In this document: positions 54,500 through 63,999 of the stretch, one piece after another
How the letters are laid out: each line of letters starts with the position of its first letter
How positions within the stretch are numbered: position 1 is the stretch's first letter
Source: an uncultured Candidatus Saccharibacteria bacterium
GTDB lineage: Bacteria; Patescibacteriota; Saccharimonadia; Saccharimonadales; JALRHH01
Direction of reading: 5' to 3'
Length of the DNA stretch: 64,000 nucleotides
Assembly: GCA_964559915.1 (NCBI GenBank)
Contig: CAZLJP010000002.1
Coordinates: 2,423-66,422 of the forward strand
Program-made: the position numbers and the translations under genes
Notes under the pieces: generated by a model
The model's input: the letters and a program-made list of their open reading frames with translations, nothing else
The model's database searches: none
What the model was told of the DNA's origin: nothing

Positions 54500-55132
54500 T
54501 TAGATAGTAGAAGGATCTACAGGGAGTAGAACATTCTTGATAACGTGAGTTACACCGTTGCTTGAGATAACGTCAGCTGTCTCAATTTCGACCTGCTGGC
54601 CAGTAGCATCTACAACATATACTTTGTTGTCTATAACTTTAAAGCCTAGCTCGCCGCCCTGAACAGTCTTAACCTTGGCGCCAGAAGCAGCCATTGCACG
54701 CAAATCGGCAGTGGTGTAAGTACCAGGAACAACGTGGTAAGTAAGAACAGTTGTCAGCAAGTCATTACTTCCAGCTACCTTATCTAAGATGTTCTTAGGT
54801 ACAGCTTCGAAAGCAGAGTTGCTTGGGCCAAATACGGTAAATGGGCCAACACCCTTAAGCGTATCAACCAAGCCAGCCTTTTGAACGAGGCTTACTACAG
54901 TTGTAACATTCTTGGCGTTAACTGCATTGTCGACGATGTCGAGGTTTGCAACCATTTTGGCACCACCAACAGTAACACCATCAGTGTTATTTGATGCTTC
55001 CATCTTTGATGTATCTTCTTTGTTATTGTTGTCTTGCTTGTTATTACCAGCTGCGTAGCCGATACCACCACCTATAAGGGCAGCGACAACTAAGGTAATA
55101 ATCATACCTGCAGCACCGTGATTACTTGACAT
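54500..55132 (-). CDS. fasciclin (FAS1) domain protein, membrane anchored
   Basis: 210 aa; GPFTVFGPSNSAFEA and LTYHVVPG motifs; N-terminal TM segment. Confidence 0.85.
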   Translation of the reverse strand: MSSNHGAAGMIITLVVAALIGGGIGYAAGNNKQDNNNKEDTSKMEASNNTDGVTVGGAKMVANLDIVDNAVNAKNVTTVVSLVQKAGLVDTLKGVGPFTVFGPSNSAFEAVPKNILDKVAGSNDLLTTVLTYHVVPGTYTTADLRAMAASGAKVKTVQGGELGFKVIDNKVYVVDATGQQVEIETADVISSNGVTHVIKNVLLPVDPSTI

Positions 55133-55183
55133 TTATTCCTCCTCGGAGCTCCTTCATGGATACTCTCTTATATAGTTTAGTCA

Positions 55184-55218
55184 GTTTACTTGACTTAGTA
55201 AACATACATTGATAGTAT
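55184..55218 (+). promoter_or_regulatory. marR promoter (TTGACT-N17-TAGTAT) overlapped by the palindrome GTTTACT-N6-AGTAAAC (candidate MarR operator)
   Basis: Inverted repeat at 55184-55203 spans the -35 hexamer at 55190-55195, in the divergent intergenic region. Confidence 0.45.
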
Positions 55219-55228
55219 AGTAAGTACT

Positions 55229-55696
55229 ATGATTGTGTCAAATAGATTTTTAGAACAAGTACACTCAGCCAGCGATTTAAAGACTTACCAGGTAGGTGTC
55301 CTCGAAGCGGCCGCACACAGGGCGCTACGACAACACAAGGATGAGCTCTTAAAAGGCTACGGGCTAACTGGCAGCGACTGGTATCTTATTGGTACCGTAG
55401 CTGATACTGGCAAGCAGGGCATCCGTTCTACTGACCTCGCCCAGTTACTTGGTGTTACTATGGGATTCCTTACTAAGACAATCGCCTTATTAGAAGCAAA
55501 GGGCATACTCATAAAAAAGGCCAACGCTAAAGACGCACGTTCTAATCACATTGCTCTTAATAGTAAGTACCGCCGGACATTAGACGAAATTGAACAGGCG
55601 CTGCGACACAAGCTCAAGCAATCAATCTATAGCCTTGTAACACCAGAAGAACTGACGACGTACATTCAAGTACTTGAGAAGTTCGGACGACTATAG
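55229..55696 (+). CDS. MarR family transcriptional regulator
   Basis: 155 aa; winged-helix region STDLAQLLGVTMGFLTKTIALLEAKGILIKK...D.R. Confidence 0.85.
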   Translation: MIVSNRFLEQVHSASDLKTYQVGVLEAAAHRALRQHKDELLKGYGLTGSDWYLIGTVADTGKQGIRSTDLAQLLGVTMGFLTKTIALLEAKGILIKKANAKDARSNHIALNSKYRRTLDEIEQALRHKLKQSIYSLVTPEELTTYIQVLEKFGRL

Positions 55697-55708
55697 GAAA
55701 TTCTGAAC

Positions 55709-56479
55709 ATGCTCGCCACACTCGCTTGGCTGCTGGCGTTATCACTTGTTATCAATGGAGTACTATTCCTTATAGCTTACCACTTGCAATCAGATAAACT
55801 GACCGATGCCTCATACGCAATCAGTTTTATCTCGTTGGCCGTTGCCAGCTACGTTGCATCAGATAAAAACACTTATAAACTACTTGCACTAGCATTGGTG
55901 TGCATTTGGGCGCTTCGTATTGGTGGATTCTTACTCTATAGAGTTATTCGTAGCGGTAAAGACCGCAGGTTTGATGACATCCGCAATAAATTCTTTAAAT
56001 TCGGTAGCTTCTGGCTAGGACAGGCCATTACTATATGGGTTCTGCTGATTCCACTGACGCTGGCCTTTGATGCCGATATGCAGTGGCAAAATATTGCCCT
56101 ACTTGGTACGGCTATATGGCTGGCTGGATTCTTGATAGAAACCGTGGCCGACGCTCAAAAATATCGTTTTACAAACAACTCTGCAAATAAGGACAAATGG
56201 ATAGACAGCGGCCTGTGGCGCTATTCACGCCACCCAAATTACTTCGGTGAAATATTGGTGTGGATTGGGCTCTATCTCTATGCGTTGCCAGCTCTGTCTA
56301 CGGTGGGCACACTCGTCGGCATCAGCAGCCCAGTATTAATTGCTGTGTTATTACTATTCATCAGCGGCATTCCTATTCTAGAAAAAGAGGCCGACAAACG
56401 CTGGGGTAAGCAATCGGCGTATCAAGCATACAAGAAACGTACAAGCATATTGATACCACTCCGGTCTTGCAATTATTAG
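55709..56479 (+). CDS. DUF1295 / steroid-5-alpha-reductase-like membrane protein
   Basis: 256 aa polytopic protein; GLWRYSRHPNYFGE motif. Confidence 0.8.
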   Translation: MLATLAWLLALSLVINGVLFLIAYHLQSDKLTDASYAISFISLAVASYVASDKNTYKLLALALVCIWALRIGGFLLYRVIRSGKDRRFDDIRNKFFKFGSFWLGQAITIWVLLIPLTLAFDADMQWQNIALLGTAIWLAGFLIETVADAQKYRFTNNSANKDKWIDSGLWRYSRHPNYFGEILVWIGLYLYALPALSTVGTLVGISSPVLIAVLLLFISGIPILEKEADKRWGKQSAYQAYKKRTSILIPLRSCNY

Positions 56480-56525
56480 ATTTTCTGGCACAATATATCT
56501 GAATTGAAAAAACCTATGTATACTC

Positions 56526-57014
56526 ATGTTTAAAAAATCTGCCGATAGAATCACGTACCCAGAAATTGAAAGTCATTTTACACAACTTGATGACCCATCT
56601 GATGGCAAACACCTCGACTGGCCGTACAAGGGCTATTATTTTTTTGAGATAACTGGCAAGCTCGTGGGCAAGCAACATAGCTTGCGGAAGGGAACCGAGG
56701 GCAGATGGCACTCGTTCATCCCAAGCGCAGCTGCTTTTCTTGATGAGCAAGCTCAGACGGGACGCGCAACACATTTTGTTACTCTTGGGACGGGTGGTTA
56801 CATTGGGGAGCTAGCTTTTGAAGCAAACTCAGCACCAGATACGAAGGTCGCAATCGGTGGACTACTGAAATATCTGAATGGGGACTATAGTCCAGCCGAA
56901 ACTGAAAAACTACAGGCTCGAACTCAACAACTCTATATTGCCAATCAAAAGGGGCTTGAGCACAGCCTAAATCATGCGCTAGATACCATTCTCCACGACG
57001 GCCATTTTCAGTAA
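56526..57014 (+). CDS. hypothetical protein
   Basis: 162-aa ORF; no family recognised. Confidence 0.5.
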   Translation: MFKKSADRITYPEIESHFTQLDDPSDGKHLDWPYKGYYFFEITGKLVGKQHSLRKGTEGRWHSFIPSAAAFLDEQAQTGRATHFVTLGTGGYIGELAFEANSAPDTKVAIGGLLKYLNGDYSPAETEKLQARTQQLYIANQKGLEHSLNHALDTILHDGHFQ

Positions 57015-57017
57015 TAG

Positions 57018-58271
57018 CTAGCGCTTTTTAGAGAGTGAATGGCCAACTTTTTCGATGGCACCAACCACCAACGCATTGCCCATAAAGAATGCGCGCTTAC
57101 CATCTGATACACCGGCTAGTTGTGTGTGATTATCGGGGAACATATCGAGCCTTTCGAGCTCCAAGGGAACAAGTCGACGTAGGCGGCCAGAGGGTGTCCT
57201 GACCACGTGTTTGAACCGGGAAGCGCCAGAGCCGCCCTCGCCGGTTATAATCGTTCGAGAGGGCTTGTCGAGCGCGTCAGGGAATACCATAGCACCTTCT
57301 GCATAGTGGTAGACATGCCCGCTGGTGCTTTTGCGCTCTTCTTTCTTAGCGCCTTTAAGATATGTCCAAGCGGGTAGTGTGGCTTCGGATATAAAGAACT
57401 CTTCGGGCACATCTTTTTCGTCAATTAATATATCTCCTAGCGTACTACTGTTGCCGGTATAGACTGGCACGGCTTTGCCGGTGTAAACCTTTCGGTCAAT
57501 TATCATGCCAGCAGTATCAAATGGGCTTAGCTTGGGTTTATTAGCAGAGAAATTATCCGTAAGTTCTGCATAGGTGCCCTCGAGGGCAACCTCGTGTGTT
57601 GTCAGAGTCTGTTCAATAGGGAAGGCATCAGCGAGCACACCGTCCCGGATCAGCCAGTCACTTGCGGTAGCTTTTTTAGCTTTTTCGTAGAGTTTTGTGC
57701 CTTTTTTGTAGCCAACAATAAACACACGGCGGCGGCGTTGCGGAAAACCGTAATCGGCCGCATTTATAACACGCCACTCTACGGCATACCCCAAGTCAGA
57801 GAGTGATGCCAGCATAACGGCAAAGTCTTTACCACGCTGATTGACGGGGGATTTGAGCAAACGGTCGACGTTTTCTAGGAACAAATAGTCTGGAGCTTTA
57901 TCAGCCTTGCGCTTCAGAATAGAGTAAATTGACCAAAACAGGACGCCCTTTTTCCCAATCAAACCATGAGAGTTCTTGAGGGTACTGGCAACAGAGTAAT
58001 CCTGGCACGGGAATCCGCCCACCAGCAAGTCGTGGTCAGGGATGGTTTCAAAATCAGTTTCAATGACTTTTTCAATATTGCGGCCATCGAAGCCCTTGTC
58101 GCCAAATCGCGCCATGTAGACTTCTGAGGCATGTTGTCGTGTTGTTGCGGGCTCGAATTGATTTGCCCATACAGTTTCAAAGCGCGTCTTTGTATTGCTA
58201 GCTCTATCAAGCCCAATACGGAAGCCTCCGACACCAGCGAAGAGCTCGACGATTTTAATTTTGTCTGCCAT
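57018..58271 (-). CDS. DNA (cytosine-5)-methyltransferase
   Basis: 417 aa; motif I ELFAGVGG, motif IV GGFPCQDYS, motif VI ENV, motif VIII QRRRRVF, motif X GNALVV. Confidence 0.93.
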   Translation of the reverse strand: MADKIKIVELFAGVGGFRIGLDRASNTKTRFETVWANQFEPATTRQHASEVYMARFGDKGFDGRNIEKVIETDFETIPDHDLLVGGFPCQDYSVASTLKNSHGLIGKKGVLFWSIYSILKRKADKAPDYLFLENVDRLLKSPVNQRGKDFAVMLASLSDLGYAVEWRVINAADYGFPQRRRRVFIVGYKKGTKLYEKAKKATASDWLIRDGVLADAFPIEQTLTTHEVALEGTYAELTDNFSANKPKLSPFDTAGMIIDRKVYTGKAVPVYTGNSSTLGDILIDEKDVPEEFFISEATLPAWTYLKGAKKEERKSTSGHVYHYAEGAMVFPDALDKPSRTIITGEGGSGASRFKHVVRTPSGRLRRLVPLELERLDMFPDNHTQLAGVSDGKRAFFMGNALVVGAIEKVGHSLSKKR

Positions 58272-58344
58272 GCTTAGCCATATTTTAGCAATTTAAACTG
58301 TTTCGATCAAGCCCATTTGGGGCAGCTTTGCTACAATTGTGTAT

Positions 58345-59676
58345 ATGGCTCAAGGCACCTACGACAAAACATCACCCCAATCGCTCCTGGAGTTTGCCCG
58401 TGGGCTGTCTGGCAAGACACTGGCTGAGGCCGTAGATATGTCTCAAGTTATAGAAAACACCCGCAATAAAGGCGACCTCGGTAAGATGGTCGAAAAATAC
58501 TATTATGGCGTTATAACTGACGACACGTCCCATGAGCCGGATTTTCCCGAGGCTGGCGTAGAGCTCAAAACCACAGGAGTGCTTAAGCGCTCAGCCGGTG
58601 GCTATCGAGCAAAAGAACGTCTTGTACTGACAATGATTAATTACATGAAATTGGTTAACGAAGAGTGGGGAAGTTCATCGCTGATGGAAAAATGTAGCAT
58701 GATGCTACTACTGTTTTATCTGTATGAAAAAGATTTGTCTATTTTTGACAGGCGCTTCGTGCTACATCCAGTTTTATTTGAGTTCCCTGAAGCAGACCTG
58801 CAGATTATTAAACGCGACTGGGAAACCATTCAACAAAAAATCAAAGACGGTAAGGCCCATGAACTATCAGAAGGTGACACGTACTACCTGAGTGCCTGTC
58901 GAAAGGGTTCGGGCGGCGAAAACGAAAAGCCCCGGCAGCAACCACGCTCAAGCATTCCAGCTAAATCTCGAGCGTTTTCACTCAAATCTAGTTATATGAA
59001 CCAGGTTATTTCCGGACACACCTCTGAAGTCGGTACGCTAAATATCACACCAAAAGTTACTATCGAACAAGCCACTCAGCGTAAATTTGAGCCCTATCTT
59101 GGTAAAACAATTGAAGAAATCTCGACAATGCTGGATTTTCACAAACAAGGCAAAAACAATAAAGGTTTTTATCGTAGCCTGACAATGCGGGTTCTTGGGG
59201 GCACTACACAAACCGTGCCCGAGCTGGAGAAAGCAGGAGTTGAGCTCAAGACCATCCGTGTGAATAAAGACTGGATGCCAGCCGAAGCAATGTCGTTTCC
59301 AACCTTCAAATATATGGATATCATCGATGAAACTTGGGAACAAAGCAGCTTCTTTGCCAAAATTGAGCAGAAGTTCTTGTTTGTGATTTTTAGAGAAGAT
59401 GAAAATGGTGATTTAAGGCTTGAGAAAGTTAACTACTGGAACATGCCGTATAGCGACCGCGAAGAGGCACGCCGCGTATGGGAAGAAACGAAACGGCGGG
59501 TGGTGAGTGATGCAAGTAGTCTACCCAAGTCATCCGAAAGCCGGGTTGCGCATGTTCGTCCTAAGGCCAGAGACGCCCAGGACACACTGCCTACGCCGCA
59601 GGGCACTATGCTTGTGAAGAAATGTTTTTGGCTGAACCGCAGCTATATAGCAGAGGTAATCAAGACAGCTCTTTAA
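58345..59676 (+). CDS. type II restriction endonuclease, Sau3AI/MutH-like
   Basis: N-terminal MutH-like catalytic pattern (GDLGKMVEKYY...EPDFPEAGVELKT) and a duplicated C-terminal pseudo-nuclease (VELKTIRV); divergent from the m5C methyltransferase; ATG 7 nt after TACAAT. Confidence 0.7.
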   Translation: MAQGTYDKTSPQSLLEFARGLSGKTLAEAVDMSQVIENTRNKGDLGKMVEKYYYGVITDDTSHEPDFPEAGVELKTTGVLKRSAGGYRAKERLVLTMINYMKLVNEEWGSSSLMEKCSMMLLLFYLYEKDLSIFDRRFVLHPVLFEFPEADLQIIKRDWETIQQKIKDGKAHELSEGDTYYLSACRKGSGGENEKPRQQPRSSIPAKSRAFSLKSSYMNQVISGHTSEVGTLNITPKVTIEQATQRKFEPYLGKTIEEISTMLDFHKQGKNNKGFYRSLTMRVLGGTTQTVPELEKAGVELKTIRVNKDWMPAEAMSFPTFKYMDIIDETWEQSSFFAKIEQKFLFVIFREDENGDLRLEKVNYWNMPYSDREEARRVWEETKRRVVSDASSLPKSSESRVAHVRPKARDAQDTLPTPQGTMLVKKCFWLNRSYIAEVIKTAL

Positions 59677-59702
59677 CAAGATTTTTGAGGTACTATATAG
59701 GT

Positions 59703-60227
59703 ATGAAATTCGAAAGCAAACTAATAACTATTAATGGTTGGCTCATCGCACGGCTACCTGATGAAGTAAGCAAGCAATTGCCGTCACGTGGGCAGGTGGC
59801 AGTGCTGGGGGCTATTAACGACCACCAGTTTAAAACTGTCTTAGAACCGGACGGTAACTGGGGGCACTGGATACACATAGACCAGCAGCTAGGGCATACG
59901 ACACGGGTGAAAGCAGGTGATACGGTGAAATTCCAGCTAGAAGTTACCAAAGATTGGCCAGAACCCACCATTCCCAATGATTTTGCGGCTGCGCTTGGCA
60001 ATGCACCAGACAAGGTCAAGGAAAAGTGGCAAGACATTACACCCATGGCTCGCTGGGAGTGGATTCGCTGGGTTAATTCTACTGGCAGAGAAGAAACCCG
60101 CACTATTCGCATAGAGAAATCTATATCCAAACTGAACGGCAAACACCGCAGACCGTGCTGTTTTAATTTAGCAGCCTGCACCGAACCAGCCGTCTCTAAA
60201 AGTGGCATCTTACTAGGAGTTGTGTAG
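59703..60227 (+). CDS. DUF1905 plus YdeI/OmpD-associated domain protein
   Basis: N-terminal LPDEVSKQLPSRGQVAVLGAINDHQFKTVLEPDGNWGHWIHI (DUF1905-like) and C-terminal WEWIRWVNSTGREETRTIRIEKSISKL (YdeI-like); the track start at 59622 overlaps the endonuclease gene. Confidence 0.65.
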   Translation: MKFESKLITINGWLIARLPDEVSKQLPSRGQVAVLGAINDHQFKTVLEPDGNWGHWIHIDQQLGHTTRVKAGDTVKFQLEVTKDWPEPTIPNDFAAALGNAPDKVKEKWQDITPMARWEWIRWVNSTGREETRTIRIEKSISKLNGKHRRPCCFNLAACTEPAVSKSGILLGVV

Positions 60228-60617
60228 ATGACTGGGGCGGATATCAAAGCCCACGTCATGGAATTGGGGTTGCCAGAGGGGAGCTATATCATTATAGGTA
60301 GCGCCTTGTTGGCTGCCCTAAATATCCGAACGTCAGATGACATAGATATGGTGGTGTCAGAAGCGGTGTATGACAGATTTCATGCGGCAGGCTGGGAAGC
60401 GTACGCAGTAGGCCAGAAAACCATGTTAAGAAACGGCGTTTTTGATATTGGCACCACCTGGGAGAACAAGAGGCTTGCAGAGTTGGCCGACAGTACAACA
60501 ATGATTGATGGCATCCGATATATGAACCTAGCCGAGCTACGCGCATGGAAACAGAACTGGGGACGCCCCAAAGACCTAATTGATATTCAGCTCATAGACG
60601 CATACCTGCACGAATAA
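60228..60617 (+). CDS. minimal nucleotidyltransferase-fold protein (tentative)
   Basis: 129 aa; IIGSALL...SDDIDMVV matches the GS...DxD NTase pattern; ATG abuts the upstream stop. Confidence 0.4.
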   Translation: MTGADIKAHVMELGLPEGSYIIIGSALLAALNIRTSDDIDMVVSEAVYDRFHAAGWEAYAVGQKTMLRNGVFDIGTTWENKRLAELADSTTMIDGIRYMNLAELRAWKQNWGRPKDLIDIQLIDAYLHE

Positions 60618-60651
60618 AATCAGTAAAACTGTTTCTCTGAATAACGCGGCG

Positions 60652-60879
60652 TTGTTTTGTTATAATGAAGCCATGCAAAAAATCGCTACACGAGTATTTA
60701 TCTACGCATCATTAAGCTTCGGCGTCCTGGGCATTATTATGGTCCTGGGTGGCTTTGACCCAGACGAGCACAACACAGGTATAGAAATGGTAGTAACCAA
60801 GCTATTTCAGGCCTGTGTATTCATCATACTGAGCTCATTTGCGCTCAGCGTGGCAGGAAAATACCTAAAAACTAAATAA
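60652..60879 (+). CDS. small two-TM membrane protein
   Basis: 75 aa (or 68 aa from the ATG at 60673); two hydrophobic helices. Confidence 0.4.
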   Translation: MFCYNEAMQKIATRVFIYASLSFGVLGIIMVLGGFDPDEHNTGIEMVVTKLFQACVFIILSSFALSVAGKYLKTK

Positions 60880-60897
60880 TATTTTTTAGATAAAACG

Positions 60898-60925
60898 AAG
60901 GCTCCCCGAAAAGGGAGCCTTTTAT
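60898..60925 (+). terminator. rho-independent terminator
   Basis: 9-bp stem AAGGCTCCC/GGGAGCCTT, loop CGAAAA, T-rich tail. Confidence 0.8.
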
Positions 60926-61199
60926 ATCCTAAGCGCTTTAGCGACTATATAGCGAATTGGTTGGGATTTAAAATCAAGTTATCTTGATGCTTGGTCGTAT
61001 AGACCCCTTGGCCCACTATCCGCTGCGCTTCATCCGACTGGTGCATAAATGAGACTGCAAACATTAATACCCTCCCGGTTATGTTTGTACTCAACAGTAT
61101 GCTCGTACACTCCATTTGATGCTGTAAACTGTAATACGCTTAATCGGTTAGATTTTTTACACTGTTTTTGTTTGACACTGTTTAATCTACACTAGGTAT

Positions 61200-61865
61200 A
61201 TGAGTATCAAGGAAATAGCCAAGACACTCCCTGGAACCGTGCGTCATTTCAAAGAAAAGACGCCGATTATTTACCAAGGCGAGATTCCACGTTGTGGCTT
61301 TTTCCTGAAGAAGGGCATCGTAAAGGTATACAACCTGCATGCCAACGGTAACGAGCAAATTGTACGATTCTATGGGCCTGGCGATTTTTTCCCGCTACCA
61401 TGGCTGTATAGCAAAGTAACGACCGAGTTCTACTACTACGAGGCAGTCGAAGACTGCGAAGTTATTAGTGTCACCAAACACGATATCGAAACTATAGTCA
61501 TACCTAATGCAGAACTGAGCCGCTATATCCTAGACTGTGTTTTGCGGGATCAGACCGCTCTGAAGCTGCGTATCGTGTCCCTAGAGCAGCCGCGCGCCAA
61601 CGAAAAACTCCAATACACGCTGTATTACTTGCTATACCGCTACGGCAAGCACGTCGGTAAAGATATGTATGTTATCAATATGACGCTGACGCACATCACC
61701 TTAGCTAATCTTGTGGGTTTAACCCGTGAAACAATCACCACCGAGATTAACAAGCTCAAGCGAAAGGGTGTTATTAGCTACACCAAAAAGATTTATAAGA
61801 TTGATCGCCGCAAACTAGAAGCGGTTATTGGTGAAGAAAATTTTAGCAGTCTGCTAGGAGAGTAA
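61200..61865 (+). CDS. Crp/Fnr family transcriptional regulator
   Basis: 221 aa; cNMP-binding beta-roll (GDFFP) and C-terminal HTH (TLANLVGLTRETITTEINKLKRKGVI). Confidence 0.85.
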   Translation: MSIKEIAKTLPGTVRHFKEKTPIIYQGEIPRCGFFLKKGIVKVYNLHANGNEQIVRFYGPGDFFPLPWLYSKVTTEFYYYEAVEDCEVISVTKHDIETIVIPNAELSRYILDCVLRDQTALKLRIVSLEQPRANEKLQYTLYYLLYRYGKHVGKDMYVINMTLTHITLANLVGLTRETITTEINKLKRKGVISYTKKIYKIDRRKLEAVIGEENFSSLLGE

Positions 61866-61866
61866 C

Positions 61867-62262
61867 TTAGCTGTCTAGTAGATTGCCAACGAGCTGTAAC
61901 AACTCCTTAGGCGAGGCCCAGGCTTTGAGCATATACTTGTCAGCGCCAAGTTCATAAGCCTGATCAATTTCTTTCTGCATATCAAAATTACTGAATACAA
62001 CGATTTTTGGTGGATGCTCACGAGTACGTGGCTGATAGGCCTCCAAAAAGCCCACCCCGTCTAATACTGGCATACGAAGATCGAGCAAAATAAGATCAGG
62101 GTCTTGTTTTTCGGCAATTTCAAGTGCTTGGCGCCCATCGTAGGCGCTTAACACTTTGTAGCCTGCACCTGCGAGGATGACCTGGTATGCTTCATTCAGC
62201 ATATTTTCGTCTTCGACTATTAATACAGTAGATTTCCCGTGACTTTTTCTCTCTGACATCAT
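61867..62262 (-). CDS. single-domain response regulator (CheY-like receiver)
   Basis: 131 aa; VEDE acidic pair, phospho-acceptor DLILLDLRMP, conserved K in KYMLKAW. Confidence 0.9.
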   Translation of the reverse strand: MMSERKSHGKSTVLIVEDENMLNEAYQVILAGAGYKVLSAYDGRQALEIAEKQDPDLILLDLRMPVLDGVGFLEAYQPRTREHPPKIVVFSNFDMQKEIDQAYELGADKYMLKAWASPKELLQLVGNLLDS

Positions 62263-62304
62263 GTGTAATATCCCTGGTATTGGTTTGGAATTCTGTAAGC
62301 TATC

Positions 62305-63999
62305 TTACACTTCATCTGCATCCGGCGCCACCTCAAATGGCAATACTAGCGTAAACACCGAACCCTTACCGTGTTCTGACACCACTTCAATATGCCCGTC
62401 ATGCATATCTGCTATGTTCTGCACAACGTACAGACCAATGCCTGTCCCACCTACGCCAATGCTCAAGTCATTTTCAATACGCTCGAATTGTTTGAACATT
62501 CGACTCTGTTGATCAGCGGGGATGCCTACGCCGTTATCCTTCACGACAATACGCAGGTTCTTGCCAAATGATAGGCGAATAGTAATCATACCTTTCTCGT
62601 GCGTGTACTTGATTGCGTTGGTGAGCAAATTCTCAATGGCCATGCGGATAGTATGTTCGTCACCGTAGAATAATCGGTCTCGTTTGGGTAGAGTCGCCTT
62701 AACGCGGTGATGTCGAGCGTTTATCTCATCATTGAGTTCATTGACGATATCACTGACGAGCTGGCTCGGAGAAAACTGCGATTTTGATAGCATAACACGA
62801 CCAGAACCAAGACGGGCAAGATACAACACATCATTAATGGTCTTTAGCTGCCGCTCATTCCCATCGTATGCCTTTGATAGAAAATCACGCTGCTGCTCAG
62901 TAATCTCACCAGAAAAACCCTGTAGTACCAGGCCAAGATACTGTTTTACGCCCGTGGCTGGTGTACGCAACTGATGCGATGCGAGTGATAGCAAGTTATC
63001 TTTGGCTTCGTTTAGGCTGCGTTCCTTTTCCAGCAATAATTCGTGTGACTTACCGCGCAGCACTAACCAGACCGCGCCAGCCAACAACATTGCTGTAATG
63101 GTGCCGAACAACAGTACGGCGAGTGGTCTTGACGATACGGAAGAGACGATTTCATTAAGATTGTAGACAAAACTAAAGTGAATGGCAGCATTATCAACCG
63201 TTAAGGACCGCGACTCCTCTTGATAGCGATGCTGCTTCAGCGCATCGTAGCGAGGGCTTTTATAGAGTATCTCCGTGTCATCTCCTATCCGCATAGAAAA
63301 CCCGATGTCTGACCGCGGTTGTTGCTGTACTACAGTTTCCATAAATTTATTTGCCAAAAAACCTACCAATAAATAACCCTCAATCGCAGCTCGGCGCTGT
63401 TCTACGGTATCAAGTGGCATACCAAATTTGTACTGCGGCGCATACATGATAAATGCCCTGCCGTTTGATGAAGAATCACTATTAGACTGGACCTTGTCGG
63501 TAATAGTAACCTTGCCACTATCCCGTGCCGCCGCCATAGCTTTTGCACGGTTTGGCTCAGTATAGCCGTCAAAACCAAGCGCTTTGGAAGTTGTTTCGGT
63601 GCTTGGTTCAATATAAATAATTGGGACAAATGTGTCTTTGGTGCTTGCCGGTGAGATAGTAAAATCTGGTGAAATTGTACTGCGTGCATCGGCGAGAAAT
63701 TGGTCACGTTGGCTCGCAGGTACGACTTTGGCATAACCTACATTCTGTGCACCCGGATAGCGTTCCAAGACCGCGGAGGTTGTAATAAATTGATGCCATT
63801 GCTGGTTGGTGACTATACCGTTGCCAGCAAATAGCCCCAGTCCGGCACGCAGTGTCTCCTCAAAAATATTCAGCCGGTCTTCTACGGCGCTTTCAGTAGC
63901 CTCGGTATAAGTGCGTACACTGGCACGTAATTCTTGGTTGGCATTGTTACGCGACATCAAAAACGAAATGAACACAACCGTCATAACCGCCACAAACAC
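62305..63999 (-). CDS. sensor histidine kinase with an extracytoplasmic CHASE-like domain; N-terminus may run off the window
   Basis: H box SHQLRTPAT, N box LLTNAIKYT, G boxes DNGVGI / GTGIGL; periplasmic region between two TM segments resembles CHASE; the ORF reaches the window edge with a GTG. Confidence 0.85.
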   Translation of the reverse strand: MFVAVMTVVFISFLMSRNNANQELRASVRTYTEATESAVEDRLNIFEETLRAGLGLFAGNGIVTNQQWHQFITTSAVLERYPGAQNVGYAKVVPASQRDQFLADARSTISPDFTISPASTKDTFVPIIYIEPSTETTSKALGFDGYTEPNRAKAMAAARDSGKVTITDKVQSNSDSSSNGRAFIMYAPQYKFGMPLDTVEQRRAAIEGYLLVGFLANKFMETVVQQQPRSDIGFSMRIGDDTEILYKSPRYDALKQHRYQEESRSLTVDNAAIHFSFVYNLNEIVSSVSSRPLAVLLFGTITAMLLAGAVWLVLRGKSHELLLEKERSLNEAKDNLLSLASHQLRTPATGVKQYLGLVLQGFSGEITEQQRDFLSKAYDGNERQLKTINDVLYLARLGSGRVMLSKSQFSPSQLVSDIVNELNDEINARHHRVKATLPKRDRLFYGDEHTIRMAIENLLTNAIKYTHEKGMITIRLSFGKNLRIVVKDNGVGIPADQQSRMFKQFERIENDLSIGVGGTGIGLYVVQNIADMHDGHIEVVSEHGKGSVFTLVLPFEVAPDADEV

